Shown here: positions 8,798-17,551 of the stretch, piece by piece | Numbering within the stretch: the first letter of the stretch is position 1 | Layout of the letters: every line of letters starts with the position of its first letter | IMG/VR virus record: IMGVR_UViG_3300033067_001137 | Coordinates: 1-33,289 of that record | DNA from: a virus | Taxonomy: Duplodnaviria; Caudoviricetes | Reading direction: 5' to 3' (one strand) | DNA length: 33,289 nucleotides | Program-made: the position numbers and the translations under genes | Notes under the pieces: generated by a model | What the model was told of the DNA's origin: nothing | What the model saw: the letters and a program-made list of their open reading frames with translations, nothing else | Databases searched by the model: none

Positions 8798-9540
8798 AGC
8801 GACCAGTCACCGATCGGGATGACGTAGCCCGCGCGGAACTGCTCGGACGGGCCATCCATGCGCAGCCGCGGCTTGGAGCCGTCGTTGCGGATCGCGGAGG
8901 CAACCAGTGCCTCGTAGGACGCGAACTCCTCGGCGTAGGACAGGCCCTTCTTCCGCAGCCAGCGCCATTCGAGGCCGGCGAGCAGCAGGTCCTGATCGAA
9001 GTTCAGGACGTCGCTGTCACTCTGAATGTTTGCGACCAGCGTGCTTCCTGAGCCGTTCGGCTGGCACCACCACTTCGTCTGGTACTGGAAGTGGATCGAG
9101 TCACCGGCCGTCGGCGCGGGCGTGATGACGAGCAGCGAGTCGCCGAAATTGAGCTCGCCCGACAGCCGGTACTCCGAGTACGGGCCGGCGACGTTCAGCA
9201 TCTTGTTCGCCTGCCAGCGTCGGTTCGACGTCGGGCCGTAGATCGGCAACTGCCGCGTGGCGTTCCACATCGTATCGTTCACGATGCCCTTGACGCCGTA
9301 GAACGTCGCTCCGGTGCAGGCCGTCAGCGTGCCCTGCGACGTCGTGGCAACCGCGGTGAACGCCGCTTCGGCGCGCATGAAGGACCAGTCGTGCCGGGAT
9401 GCGAGCGACCGGCACTCCTGGTTCAGCAACTCCACCATCTGCAGCGCGCCCTCGTCCGTCGACCCGTAGGCCGCGGTGGGCGCGCTGATGCCGACCGCCC
9501 GGCTGACGCGCTGGATGACATCTAGGACGACAGCGGTCAT
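8794..9540 (-). CDS. Head-tail adaptor / tail tubular protein A (248 aa)
   Basis: Helical N-terminus (LLNQECRSLASRHDW), LLLAGLEWRWLRKKGLSYAEEF motif; synteny. Confidence 0.82.
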   Translation of the reverse strand: MTAVVLDVIQRVSRAVGISAPTAAYGSTDEGALQMVELLNQECRSLASRHDWSFMRAEAAFTAVATTSQGTLTACTGATFYGVKGIVNDTMWNATRQLPIYGPTSNRRWQANKMLNVAGPYSEYRLSGELNFGDSLLVITPAPTAGDSIHFQYQTKWWCQPNGSGSTLVANIQSDSDVLNFDQDLLLAGLEWRWLRKKGLSYAEEFASYEALVASAIRNDGSKPRLRMDGPSEQFRAGYVIPIGDWSL

Positions 9541-9548
9541 GGGCTACC

Positions 9549-10253
9549 TCACTTGCGCTTGCGCGCGGCCTGCGGCGGCTCGTCATCTCCCAGCAGGTCG
9601 CTTGCTGTGATCTCGTTCTCGGCCGCCGCCTGCACGGCGCGCTCGCCCGGCGGCGCGGTCGCGACCTCGAGCATGGCGCGCAGTTCGGCGTTCTGGCGCG
9701 TGAGTTCCGTCACCTGCCCGCGCAGGCTGTCGTTCTCGCGCTTGAGCGCAGCGTTCTCCTGCGTCAGCGGGCCCTTGTCGTTGACCTGCATCAGCCACGC
9801 ACGCGCCTTGTTCTTCATTTCGACCGCGCCCATGCCGATGCGCTTCATGCCCTCGTCGTTGACGCCAGCCAAGTCCTCGACCGTCAGGATGTTGATGCGG
9901 ACCAGCGCCTCCACTTGCGCTGGCGTGAGCATGCCCCAGGTGCGGATCGCAGTGCCGGTCGGCGGCAGTTCCTGGCCGTTCTTCCACGCCTGGTAGTGCT
10001 TTCGGTACGCATCGACCCACGCCTGCGGGATGCGGCCCTTCTTTGCGTCGATGTCGAGTTGCGGGAACCACGACTCGACTTTGATCTCGATCACGTCCTT
10101 GGAATACATGGGCGTGATGAGGGCGTAGTCCACGTCGGTGCCGACGTACTTGCCCTGCTTCAGCGACTCGACCTTGTTCTCGATCGCGACGCGCTTGAAG
10201 CGCACGAACGCCGGGCGCTCCTCGCGCTCGCTCACCGCTTGGACGATGCTCAC
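9549..10253 (-). CDS. Conserved-type podophage protein with HhH-like motif and C-terminal coiled coil (234 aa)
   Basis: INILTVEDLAGVNDEGMKRIGMG motif, heptad region ENAALKRENDSLRGQVTEL; GGGGAAACC-GTG start. Confidence 0.7.
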   Translation of the reverse strand: MSIVQAVSEREERPAFVRFKRVAIENKVESLKQGKYVGTDVDYALITPMYSKDVIEIKVESWFPQLDIDAKKGRIPQAWVDAYRKHYQAWKNGQELPPTGTAIRTWGMLTPAQVEALVRINILTVEDLAGVNDEGMKRIGMGAVEMKNKARAWLMQVNDKGPLTQENAALKRENDSLRGQVTELTRQNAELRAMLEVATAPPGERAVQAAAENEITASDLLGDDEPPQAARKRK

Positions 10254-10269
10254 GGTTTCCCCCTATGCG

Positions 10270-10299
10270 AAAAGAGGCCGGGGCTGTGACACCCCGGCC
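10270..10299 (-). terminator. Rho-independent terminator after capsid/decoration genes
   Basis: 8-bp stem GGCCGGGG/CCCCGGCC with 8-nt loop followed by TCTTTT on the minus strand. Confidence 0.7.
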
Positions 10300-10317
10300 A
10301 CGGTGGCTGCGATGCCG

Positions 10318-11037
10318 TTAGGCGACCGCGGAACTGGTGCTCGGATACTGGATGTAACCCGCACCGAAGCCCGTGTAGGTGCCCGTCAGCGTGATGCTGC
10401 CGGTCGCGGTGCTGTTCTTGTCACCGAGCGTACCGATGGCCGAGCCGGTGTAGATGGTCTTGCCATCCGGGTCCAGCTTCGCCACGACGGTCGACGCCGG
10501 TACGCCGGTGCCCGAGAGCGCCATGCCGAGGAACGCGCCGTCGTAGCCGTTCGGCACCACGATCTTGCCAGTGCCGTTCGTGGTGTTTGCCGTCCAGGTC
10601 GTCGTGGCGGTGGCCGCCTTGAGGTTGTGGACGTTCACCATGCCCTTGAGCGTGGAGTACGCGCCGACCTTGCCGGCCGCGCCGATGCCCACGGTGGCAT
10701 CCGCCGCGACGGTCGCGCTCGTCTGATAGACGGCGCCGCCGACCAGCTGAATCCAGCCGTAGGTGCCCGACGCCATCGGCGCCATCGCGACGCCAAACGG
10801 CACGCCGAGAGAAGCCGTGTTCGGAAGCAGCGTGCCGAGGAACGTCGGGAAGGTGCCGACCACGACCAGCGAGCCCTTGAGGATCGCGTCGTTCGACTTG
10901 ATGTACTGGAACACGCCATAGCCCCAGTACGGGTCGACCGCCTCGACCTGGTAGCCGAGCGGATGGCGCTGCGTGGTGTCGGGCGCGAACCAGTCGTTGA
11001 ACGGCGTGGCGCCCGCGAAGTTGATGGGTGCGAACAT
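10318..11037 (-). CDS. Capsid decoration/cement protein with C-terminal extension (239 aa)
   Basis: Immediately after MCP, strong AGGAGA RBS, GVAMAP...YGWIQ..G motif, Thr/Gly/Ala-rich beta composition. Confidence 0.72.
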   Translation of the reverse strand: MFAPINFAGATPFNDWFAPDTTQRHPLGYQVEAVDPYWGYGVFQYIKSNDAILKGSLVVVGTFPTFLGTLLPNTASLGVPFGVAMAPMASGTYGWIQLVGGAVYQTSATVAADATVGIGAAGKVGAYSTLKGMVNVHNLKAATATTTWTANTTNGTGKIVVPNGYDGAFLGMALSGTGVPASTVVAKLDPDGKTIYTGSAIGTLGDKNSTATGSITLTGTYTGFGAGYIQYPSTSSAVA

Positions 11038-11073
11038 GTTTGTGTCTCCTATTCCTGTATGTCGCGGGCTGCC

Positions 11074-12033
11074 TTACGGGCAGATGACGGCCTGGAGGCT
11101 GCGGTTCGTGCAGACGAGGTTGCCCATCCAGATGATCGGCGTCACCACGCCGTGCTGGTTGAGCGGAACGCGGTCGTCCATCACTTCCATGTCCGCATCT
11201 TTGTGCACCACGAGCTCGAGGTAGTTCGTGTTGATGAAGTACATGTGGTTGACCGGGATGCCCGAGTTGCCGTCGTAGATCACGTCCGCGTTCTTGTACT
11301 TCAGCGCGACGAAACCCGCCGAGCCCTTGCCGGTATCGTTGTACCGCTTCAGGGAGATCTGCGAGGTCTCGAAGAACTGGTAGTAGTTGTTGTCCGCGAC
11401 GATGAGGTCCACCTGGTCGTCCGGGCCGCGATCGGTCGCGAGCCACGCGGGCAGCATCAGGTCTTTCTCGATCGTGGTGGCCGACGGCGTGACCGACAGC
11501 ACCGAGGCGTCGATCACGGTGTTCTGCCAGAACGGGAACGAGGACGAGTCGATGCCACCGACGGTGCCGGTGCCCGCGTCCGCGACCAGCGCCTGCAGGC
11601 CGTTGATCTGGTTCGTCAGGGAGCCCGACGAGTACAGGTCGCTCGAGAAGTTGTTGTTGAACGTGCGCAGCGCGTTCTTGATGCGGGCCTTGGCGAGATT
11701 GATGATCTTGCTGTCGCCCGAGTTGATGAGGAGTTCGCGACCCGACGCGACGACGTTGATCGCGATCTGGCGCCACTGGTACTCCGCGGCCGAGATGACG
11801 TCGGACGCGCTGATGTTCAGCGTATCCCAGTCGCTGTACCGCTGGTACGTCGAGTTCGAAGCGTAGTCGAGCGGCGCCGCGATGGAGAGACCGCCATCTT
11901 CGGTGCGCTTGTTGCCCCGCTTCATCATGTACTTGAGCAGCGCGTTGCGGTTCGACAGGTTGTCGACGATCTCGCGGCGGTGCTTGCGGAAGGTCGTGGA
12001 GACGAGCTCCGTGAAAGTGCTGTTTGCCGGCAT
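11074..12033 (-). CDS. Major capsid protein (319 aa)
   Basis: Follows scaffold, AGGAG RBS, strong codon bias; STTFRKH...DNLSNRNALL, MYFINTNYL and WMGNLVCTNR motifs typical of this podophage capsid type. Confidence 0.92.
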   Translation of the reverse strand: MPANSTFTELVSTTFRKHRREIVDNLSNRNALLKYMMKRGNKRTEDGGLSIAAPLDYASNSTYQRYSDWDTLNISASDVISAAEYQWRQIAINVVASGRELLINSGDSKIINLAKARIKNALRTFNNNFSSDLYSSGSLTNQINGLQALVADAGTGTVGGIDSSSFPFWQNTVIDASVLSVTPSATTIEKDLMLPAWLATDRGPDDQVDLIVADNNYYQFFETSQISLKRYNDTGKGSAGFVALKYKNADVIYDGNSGIPVNHMYFINTNYLELVVHKDADMEVMDDRVPLNQHGVVTPIIWMGNLVCTNRSLQAVICP

Positions 12034-12051
12034 GGGAATGACTCCTAGGTG

Positions 12052-13095
12052 TTAGGTGGCCTGACGCGCCTTGATGCGCTTCAAGTCGTCCATCAGGGAT
12101 TCGTCGGAGAGGAACTTCCCTTTCGGCTCTGTCGGAGCGCGGCGGGACTCGACCCCGCGCACGTTGGTCGCGGCGGGTCGGCGGGCAGTCTGCAACTGCT
12201 CCTGTGCGGCCTTCTTGGCGGTCTCCGCGGCTTCTGTCTGAAGGCGGGCCTGCTCTTTGGCGCGCGTCACCGGGTTGCTCCACACGGCGCGATCGTAGGC
12301 GTCCTTGAGTTCAAACCCCTGCTTCACCAGCAGCGCCATGTCGGACGCCACTTCGTTGAAGTAGATGTTCTCGGGGTCTGCCGCGAACGCTTCGACTGCC
12401 GTATCCGCTTCGACCTTCACCCGCTGTAGGCGAGCCTGGGTCTCCCGGTTGCGCTCCGATTCTAGCGCGTTGAGTCGCTGTTGCAACTCCTGCACGCGCG
12501 GGTCGACCGGCAACTGTTCGCCAACGGCCAAAGTGTCGGGCGTGTCATTGGCGCCTAGGATGCCGAGGTCGCGGCCGATCTGCATGAACGATTCGCGCCG
12601 CTGCTCCGGGCTGCCGGTCGACAGGTTGGCGTGCGCCGTCAGCATGTATTGGAACGCTTCGGTCTCGTTGATGCCCTGCTGCTGCAGCAGCGGCCGGAAC
12701 GGCGCCACGACGTCGCTCAACTGCTTGGCGTACTGCGCGCCGGCCTTGTACTGCTCGAGGCCGTCGAGGAACTGCTTCTCGCGCGTCAGGTAGAAGTCCT
12801 GCGCTTCTGGCGGCAGTGTCTGCCAGATGGCGTGCTTCTCCTTCGGCCACGACTTTGGGGCCTCTTTGGCAGTTGGCTGCTCGGTGGCCGGCTTTTCCGT
12901 TCCCTCGGTCTCGGTCTCGCCCTGCTCGGAGCCCTCGGGCTCGTCCTGTTCGGCGCTCGCTTCGGCGCCCGGCGCATCGTCCGGCTCATCCGGCTCGTCC
13001 GGCTCGCTGCTGCTGAAGCCGAGGTCGGTGCCGATTTCGGCAACGGCCGAGTCGAGGTCGAAACCGCTGTCGGCGGTGTCGCTGTCCGGTCCCAT
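12052..13095 (-). CDS. Capsid scaffolding protein (347 aa)
   Basis: Acidic disordered N-terminus, APKSW..E..W..LP motif, LKDAYDRAVW motif, coiled coil; directly upstream of MCP. Confidence 0.88.
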   Translation of the reverse strand: MGPDSDTADSGFDLDSAVAEIGTDLGFSSSEPDEPDEPDDAPGAEASAEQDEPEGSEQGETETEGTEKPATEQPTAKEAPKSWPKEKHAIWQTLPPEAQDFYLTREKQFLDGLEQYKAGAQYAKQLSDVVAPFRPLLQQQGINETEAFQYMLTAHANLSTGSPEQRRESFMQIGRDLGILGANDTPDTLAVGEQLPVDPRVQELQQRLNALESERNRETQARLQRVKVEADTAVEAFAADPENIYFNEVASDMALLVKQGFELKDAYDRAVWSNPVTRAKEQARLQTEAAETAKKAAQEQLQTARRPAATNVRGVESRRAPTEPKGKFLSDESLMDDLKRIKARQAT

Positions 13096-13105
13096 GAGAG
13101 TGCTC

Positions 13106-13558
13106 CTAGTTGTTGAGTTGCAGGGGCGCGATCAGCGACCCGTTTGACGATCCGCGTTCCGGCACTGCCGTGACGCCAGAATCCAGTTCAGCTTGCAGGC
13201 GCTCGCGCTTCCGCGCGCCCATCGTTTCGATCTCGGCTTCCACGGTCGACTCGATCTTGCGCTCGAGACTCGCGTTCTCGCGCTCGATGCGACGGTGGTA
13301 GTCCTTCTTCATCTCCGGGTCGTACTCCTGACACCCGTTGCGCGCGAGGTCGTCGCGGCGCTGGCGCCATGAAGTGATCGGACGTCCGTCGATCGGGCTG
13401 TCGTAGCGGCACTCGCGCTGCACGTAGCCCCAGGTCGGCGTAATGACCTTGGTGGCGACCTTGCCGCACTCGCAGGTCTGCGGATCGGCGTACTGCGCCA
13501 CGGGCAGCACCCGGTCGAATGTCGCGCCGCACTGGCACTCGTATTGGTAGGTCGGCAT
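13106..13558 (-). CDS. FmdB-type zinc-ribbon protein (150 aa)
   Basis: MPTYQYECQCG...CECG N-terminus and YDSPIDGRPITS motif. Confidence 0.85.
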   Translation of the reverse strand: MPTYQYECQCGATFDRVLPVAQYADPQTCECGKVATKVITPTWGYVQRECRYDSPIDGRPITSWRQRRDDLARNGCQEYDPEMKKDYHRRIERENASLERKIESTVEAEIETMGARKRERLQAELDSGVTAVPERGSSNGSLIAPLQLNN

Positions 13559-13565
13559 GGCTTCC

Positions 13566-14900
13566 TCAGAACAGCATCATTTCTTCGTCGTCGTCCGCGA
13601 TCTCGCGGCGGCGCTCTTCGGCCCGCCACGCCTGCAGGATGCTTGAGACGGTGTTCAAGTCGCGGGCCGCGGCGTTCCAGTCGGTCGCGCCATCGGGCGC
13701 CGTGAACGCGGCCACGTCCGGCGGCGCGGTGTCGAGCTTCTGCAGTTCGGCATAGACGTCGCGGATGACGGTCGGCTCGGCGAACGCCTGCCGCACGTCC
13801 TTGGCGTACTGCTTGAAGATGTCCTTGCGCTTCTTCTTCGGCTCGGTCTCGTCCCACCACTTCGCCTTGCCGCCGCCCATGCCGCCGCCGCCGACGTAGG
13901 TCGACGGCACAGTCACGGGCGGCACCACGGGTGGCGGCAAGGAGTTCGGAAGCGGTGTGCCGTCGAACTGGAAGTGAACGTCGCGCAGTTTGATCGGCAG
14001 CGGATTCGGGAAATCGCGCTGCAGGCCGATCGGCAGCGCCTGCGGCGGCACGTACAGCGTCGTCAGCGGCAGAACCTGCGCCTGCTCGCCGCGGTTGATC
14101 CGCTTTGCCAGCGTCGGGTTCGGCTGCTCCGTCTGCTTGAACGGTGGCGGCGGTGCCGCAAACAGCGTCGTCGTCAGCAGGTTCGGATATAGCTGCGGCT
14201 GCTGGACCCGGCGCGCGAGCGTCGGATTCTGGAAGTCGCGCTGCGGCAGGAGCAGCACGTCGATCGGCCGCTGCGTGTAGACCGCGGCGACGAACTCCTG
14301 CCCGCGCATGTGGCGCCACTGCAGCGGGTTTGGCTGGTCGAGCAGGCGACCCACTGGCATCGGCTGCGAGGCCGGGGCGCCAGGGTCGTAGCTGCTGCGT
14401 GCGTGCGTCGGCTGCAGCGCCGCGCGCAGCCGCACGGTCGGGTTCGGCTGGTCTAGGGCGCGGAACGGGATCGTCTGCGGCGCCGCTCGCAGCGTGGTCG
14501 TCAGCAGGTTCGGCGTAATCTCGACTTGCGAGATGCGACGCGCACGAAGCGGCTGCGGCAGTTCGCGCGCGCCAGGAATCCGCATCGACGGCATCGTGGG
14601 CAGCCGGCCCTGCGATGACTCGTGGAAGGCATAGGGCCGCCGCGTGGTCGGCCGAGGCTGGTCCTCGATGACGAACGGCGGCGGCGGCGGGATGCTGGAT
14701 GGCAGCCGGCCTCGTGAGGTCTCCTGCTGCGCCGCAGCCACGCGGCGCGTCGGATTCGGCTGGTCGCGGTTGACGAATGGCGCAATGGCAACGACTGCCG
14801 CGAGCGTCGTCAGCAGCAGGTTGCGAGGAATATCCGGCTGCTGGGCAGCCGGAGTTTTCGCCCGCGGAATGACTAGCGGTTGGCGGAATACGTCAGCCAC
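13566..14900 (-). CDS. Pro/Gln-rich repeat protein with Gly linker and acidic-hydrophobic C-terminus (444 aa)
   Basis: GGAG RBS plus GTG; about eight P-F-x3-DQPNP-like units; GGGGMGGG linker; ends DDDEEMMLF. Confidence 0.8.
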   Translation of the reverse strand: MADVFRQPLVIPRAKTPAAQQPDIPRNLLLTTLAAVVAIAPFVNRDQPNPTRRVAAAQQETSRGRLPSSIPPPPPFVIEDQPRPTTRRPYAFHESSQGRLPTMPSMRIPGARELPQPLRARRISQVEITPNLLTTTLRAAPQTIPFRALDQPNPTVRLRAALQPTHARSSYDPGAPASQPMPVGRLLDQPNPLQWRHMRGQEFVAAVYTQRPIDVLLLPQRDFQNPTLARRVQQPQLYPNLLTTTLFAAPPPPFKQTEQPNPTLAKRINRGEQAQVLPLTTLYVPPQALPIGLQRDFPNPLPIKLRDVHFQFDGTPLPNSLPPPVVPPVTVPSTYVGGGGMGGGKAKWWDETEPKKKRKDIFKQYAKDVRQAFAEPTVIRDVYAELQKLDTAPPDVAAFTAPDGATDWNAAARDLNTVSSILQAWRAEERRREIADDDEEMMLF

Positions 14901-14929
14901 TGGTCACTCCGCGGGTCGAAACGCAGGTG

Positions 14930-15424
14930 TCACTCGATCTCGAGCAGCACGTGCCCCGACACTTTGCCGGTGCCGGACGCCGACGACAGCGACGCTTCAC
15001 CGAGCGACGCCGTGTTGCCGACGATGCTGATCTCGAAGCCGGGCGCCGCGACCCAGCGGACGAGGCCGCCGTAGGCGTTGAACGCGAGGTTCAGCAGCGA
15101 GAGCGTCGAGCTCCGCTGGGGCTTCGTGGTGCTGGTGCTGCCGTACACCGGCAGCGAGCCCGGCGCCACGGTCGAACCGCCGAGCGCCGCGAGCGTGTTG
15201 CCCGAGATGCCGGTGGCCGCCACGGTGGAGTCGCGCGCGAAGATCATGCGGTTGACCGACGACGCCGACGCCTCCTCGCCGCCGATGTAGATTTCACCGA
15301 CCACGAGACGGCTCGTGCTGTTGGCGCCCTGGATGAACGTCGGATAACCGGCGTCCGTGTAGTTGGTCGTCGCCGCGACGGCGACCGGGGTGACGTTCGC
15401 GAAACCGACCGAATAACGCGCCAT
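14930..15424 (-). CDS. Putative virion structural beta-sandwich protein (164 aa)
   Basis: Strong AGGAGG RBS; Ser/Thr/Ala/Gly-rich beta composition; capsid-like codon bias. Confidence 0.7.
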   Translation of the reverse strand: MARYSVGFANVTPVAVAATTNYTDAGYPTFIQGANSTSRLVVGEIYIGGEEASASSVNRMIFARDSTVAATGISGNTLAALGGSTVAPGSLPVYGSTSTTKPQRSSTLSLLNLAFNAYGGLVRWVAAPGFEISIVGNTASLGEASLSSASGTGKVSGHVLLEIE

Positions 15425-15436
15425 GATGGCCTCCTA

Positions 15437-15784
15437 TCAATCAAGCAGCAGGATTTGAGGAGCCTCGGGCGCCTGCTGCACGGCGGCCTTCAGCATTTCT
15501 TCGACCTTCTTCTCGAACGGGACGCACTGCAGCGTCCGCGTCCGCTCGAATTCACATGCGTCGCAGAGATAGCTGTCGCAGCGACGGCAGTATCCGCGTT
15601 CGCGACTGCGCTTGGGGTTCAGCACGACCTGTGCTTCGCAATGGTTGCATCGCGCAACCGCAGACTCGTAAAGGTCGCGGTTGTAGCCAAGCATGTCCAC
15701 CGATGCCGCGACATCATCCGGCAGGCCCGGCGACCAGCGATGGTCGACGCAGATATACCCTTCCCTCGCGCGCTTCGATGTCAT
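15437..15784 (-). CDS. Cys-rich zinc-finger protein (115 aa)
   Basis: CNHC...CRRC...CDAC...C pattern; GAGGGA RBS. Confidence 0.75.
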   Translation of the reverse strand: MTSKRAREGYICVDHRWSPGLPDDVAASVDMLGYNRDLYESAVARCNHCEAQVVLNPKRSRERGYCRRCDSYLCDACEFERTRTLQCVPFEKKVEEMLKAAVQQAPEAPQILLLD

Positions 15785-15793
15785 CAGTGTCCC

Positions 15794-16489
15794 TCAGAAT
15801 ATGGCTGCGCCAAACAATAGCGCAGTTGTGGCTTCCCACGGAACAGGTTCGCTCGCTACGCCATCGGCGATGCTGCCCTGTGGCGTCCAGACGCGGCTGT
15901 TGCCGCTGCCATCAGACGTGTCGGCGGAATCGACCATCCGGTGATACGCCCACACGTTCGCTGTTTTCACCGGCTTGCCCTGAACGCGCTCGGCTTGCAG
16001 TTCGGCGAGCGACAACGCCGTGTCCCATATCTTGACGAAGCAGTTCTCGCCGTCTCTGTATTCGCCACCGTAGTTGCCGAGGCCCCACTGTCCGATGGTC
16101 GCACTGCCGACGTGGGTGTCTTGCGCCAGATTGTAGGCGCCATCCGCGGCGCCTAGCGCCCACGAATACAGCTTGCTGCCGTTCGCACCCGTGCCGTTGC
16201 AGGTATGCGCGAACATGACCCATGTGCCGTCGTCCTCCGGCTCCGCAGGGCTGAACGATGCGCCTGAGCCGCCGGCCGCGGTGAACGCATTTACGTTTGT
16301 TCCGGTGACCGTGTGCCGAGCGACCGCGAAGTCGACGGTTCGCTCGATGAATAGCTCTGTGCGAGACGTGCTGTCGTTCTTCGTGACGACCTTGCGCCAC
16401 CAGATAATGGTGATGGCCGTCATCGACGGCATGCCGCTCGTGTTGTAGAAGCGGACGCCATCTCCCGAGCCGTTGAAGCGAACTGGCAT
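15794..16489 (-). CDS. LamG/concanavalin-A-like lectin domain protein (231 aa)
   Basis: TAATG-coupled start at 16489; W.MFAHT, VKIWDTALSLAEL and DGSGNSR motifs characteristic of LamG_3 domains. Confidence 0.8.
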   Translation of the reverse strand: MPVRFNGSGDGVRFYNTSGMPSMTAITIIWWRKVVTKNDSTSRTELFIERTVDFAVARHTVTGTNVNAFTAAGGSGASFSPAEPEDDGTWVMFAHTCNGTGANGSKLYSWALGAADGAYNLAQDTHVGSATIGQWGLGNYGGEYRDGENCFVKIWDTALSLAELQAERVQGKPVKTANVWAYHRMVDSADTSDGSGNSRVWTPQGSIADGVASEPVPWEATTALLFGAAIF

Positions 16490-17544
16490 TACACGCACTC
16501 CGCCGGGCGCGAAGGCGCGTCAGTCCACCAAACTTTGTCACCGCGGAACGTGTACTTGATCTTCTTGCCAGTCGCAACTGTCTGGTTGTTGCTGTAGTGG
16601 TTCATCACGAACACGTAGTCCGCGCTGGGGCCAGTGACGTAGCCGAGATTCCGTCCCGTGACCAGCATCGCGAGCGAGCAGGCCGACCACGCGCACGGGC
16701 TGCCGTCGCCGTTCGGCTCGCCCCACCAGCATGCCGCCCAGCCGTCCGAGCCGTTGCCAGCGACGTTGCCGGCGTGATCCTTCAGGCGGTAGCCGAAGAT
16801 CGCCGTGTACCACTTGTCGGTGGCGAGCGCGGTCACCGCCTTGTAGAACTTGCCATCGTAGTAGTCGGTGTCGCCAGTGCATGTCGCGGTCGGCGTACTG
16901 GGCGTCGCATTGTCGCCCCAAGTGTCGTAGTCGTTGTTGCCGTTGATGTTGACCGCGCCGAGCTTAAGGCACCAGGTATCCGCGCCGCCTTGGCTAGGCA
17001 GCGACTCGCGCGACATCAGCAAGTGCACAACCGGATACGGGCTGTCCCCGCCCTGCGACTTGACCTCACCCAGCGTGAACTGGTGATTGGTCGTCGTGCT
17101 GTAGCCGCTCGGCAGCTTGAAGCGGATGCCCTGCAGCCAAAAACCCTGCGAGGCCCAACCGAGCGTCGGCAGGAACTTCCATGCGTACTGCGGGGCCTGC
17201 CCGACGAGATGATCCTGGTTGCGCGTGATACCGATGCACGTCCCGGCGCCGCCGATGTTGGAGTCTCCTGTCTCGAAGCTGAGCGTGTACATCTGGTCGG
17301 CGGTGTACGTCGCGTCGCCGATTACCTGCGCCTGAAAGATGCCGCCCCAGAGGTTCGGGGAAGCGTCGCCGTTGAACACGCACCCGGTCGTGCCATCGGT
17401 GCCGCTCAACTGGTAATACTTGTCCGGCGTGCCGCTGCCGCCGTCTGCGGACAGCGAAAGGCCGTGACCTGACGTGTCTAGCAGCAGGTTCGACGTGATG
17501 GTGCGTGGTGCAAGCATCGGTCGGTTTTCAAAGATTACTGGCAT
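16489..17544 (-). CDS. Beta-jelly-roll carbohydrate-active protein, polysaccharide-lyase-like (351 aa)
   Basis: Trp/Tyr/Gly/Thr-rich; GIRFKLPSGY, LGEVKSQG, DKWYTAIF and DGWAACWW segments resemble jelly-roll lyase folds; catalytic function unproven. Confidence 0.55.
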   Translation of the reverse strand: MPVIFENRPMLAPRTITSNLLLDTSGHGLSLSADGGSGTPDKYYQLSGTDGTTGCVFNGDASPNLWGGIFQAQVIGDATYTADQMYTLSFETGDSNIGGAGTCIGITRNQDHLVGQAPQYAWKFLPTLGWASQGFWLQGIRFKLPSGYSTTTNHQFTLGEVKSQGGDSPYPVVHLLMSRESLPSQGGADTWCLKLGAVNINGNNDYDTWGDNATPSTPTATCTGDTDYYDGKFYKAVTALATDKWYTAIFGYRLKDHAGNVAGNGSDGWAACWWGEPNGDGSPCAWSACSLAMLVTGRNLGYVTGPSADYVFVMNHYSNNQTVATGKKIKYTFRGDKVWWTDAPSRPAECV

Positions 17545-17551
17545 GGGTCAC

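Noticed and set aside
3170-8827. Long plus-strand ORFs 3170-4531 and 7526-8827
   Set aside because: Antisense to well-supported ejection and nozzle genes
10138-12048. 636-aa plus-strand ORF
   Set aside because: Antisense shadow of capsid and decoration genes; no motifs or RBS
10421-12283. 620-aa same-strand alternate-frame ORF over the capsid gene (possible frameshift extension)
   Set aside because: Arg/Gly/Pro/His-rich composition typical of an off-frame read of GC3-rich genes; no slippery site noticed at the capsid 3' end
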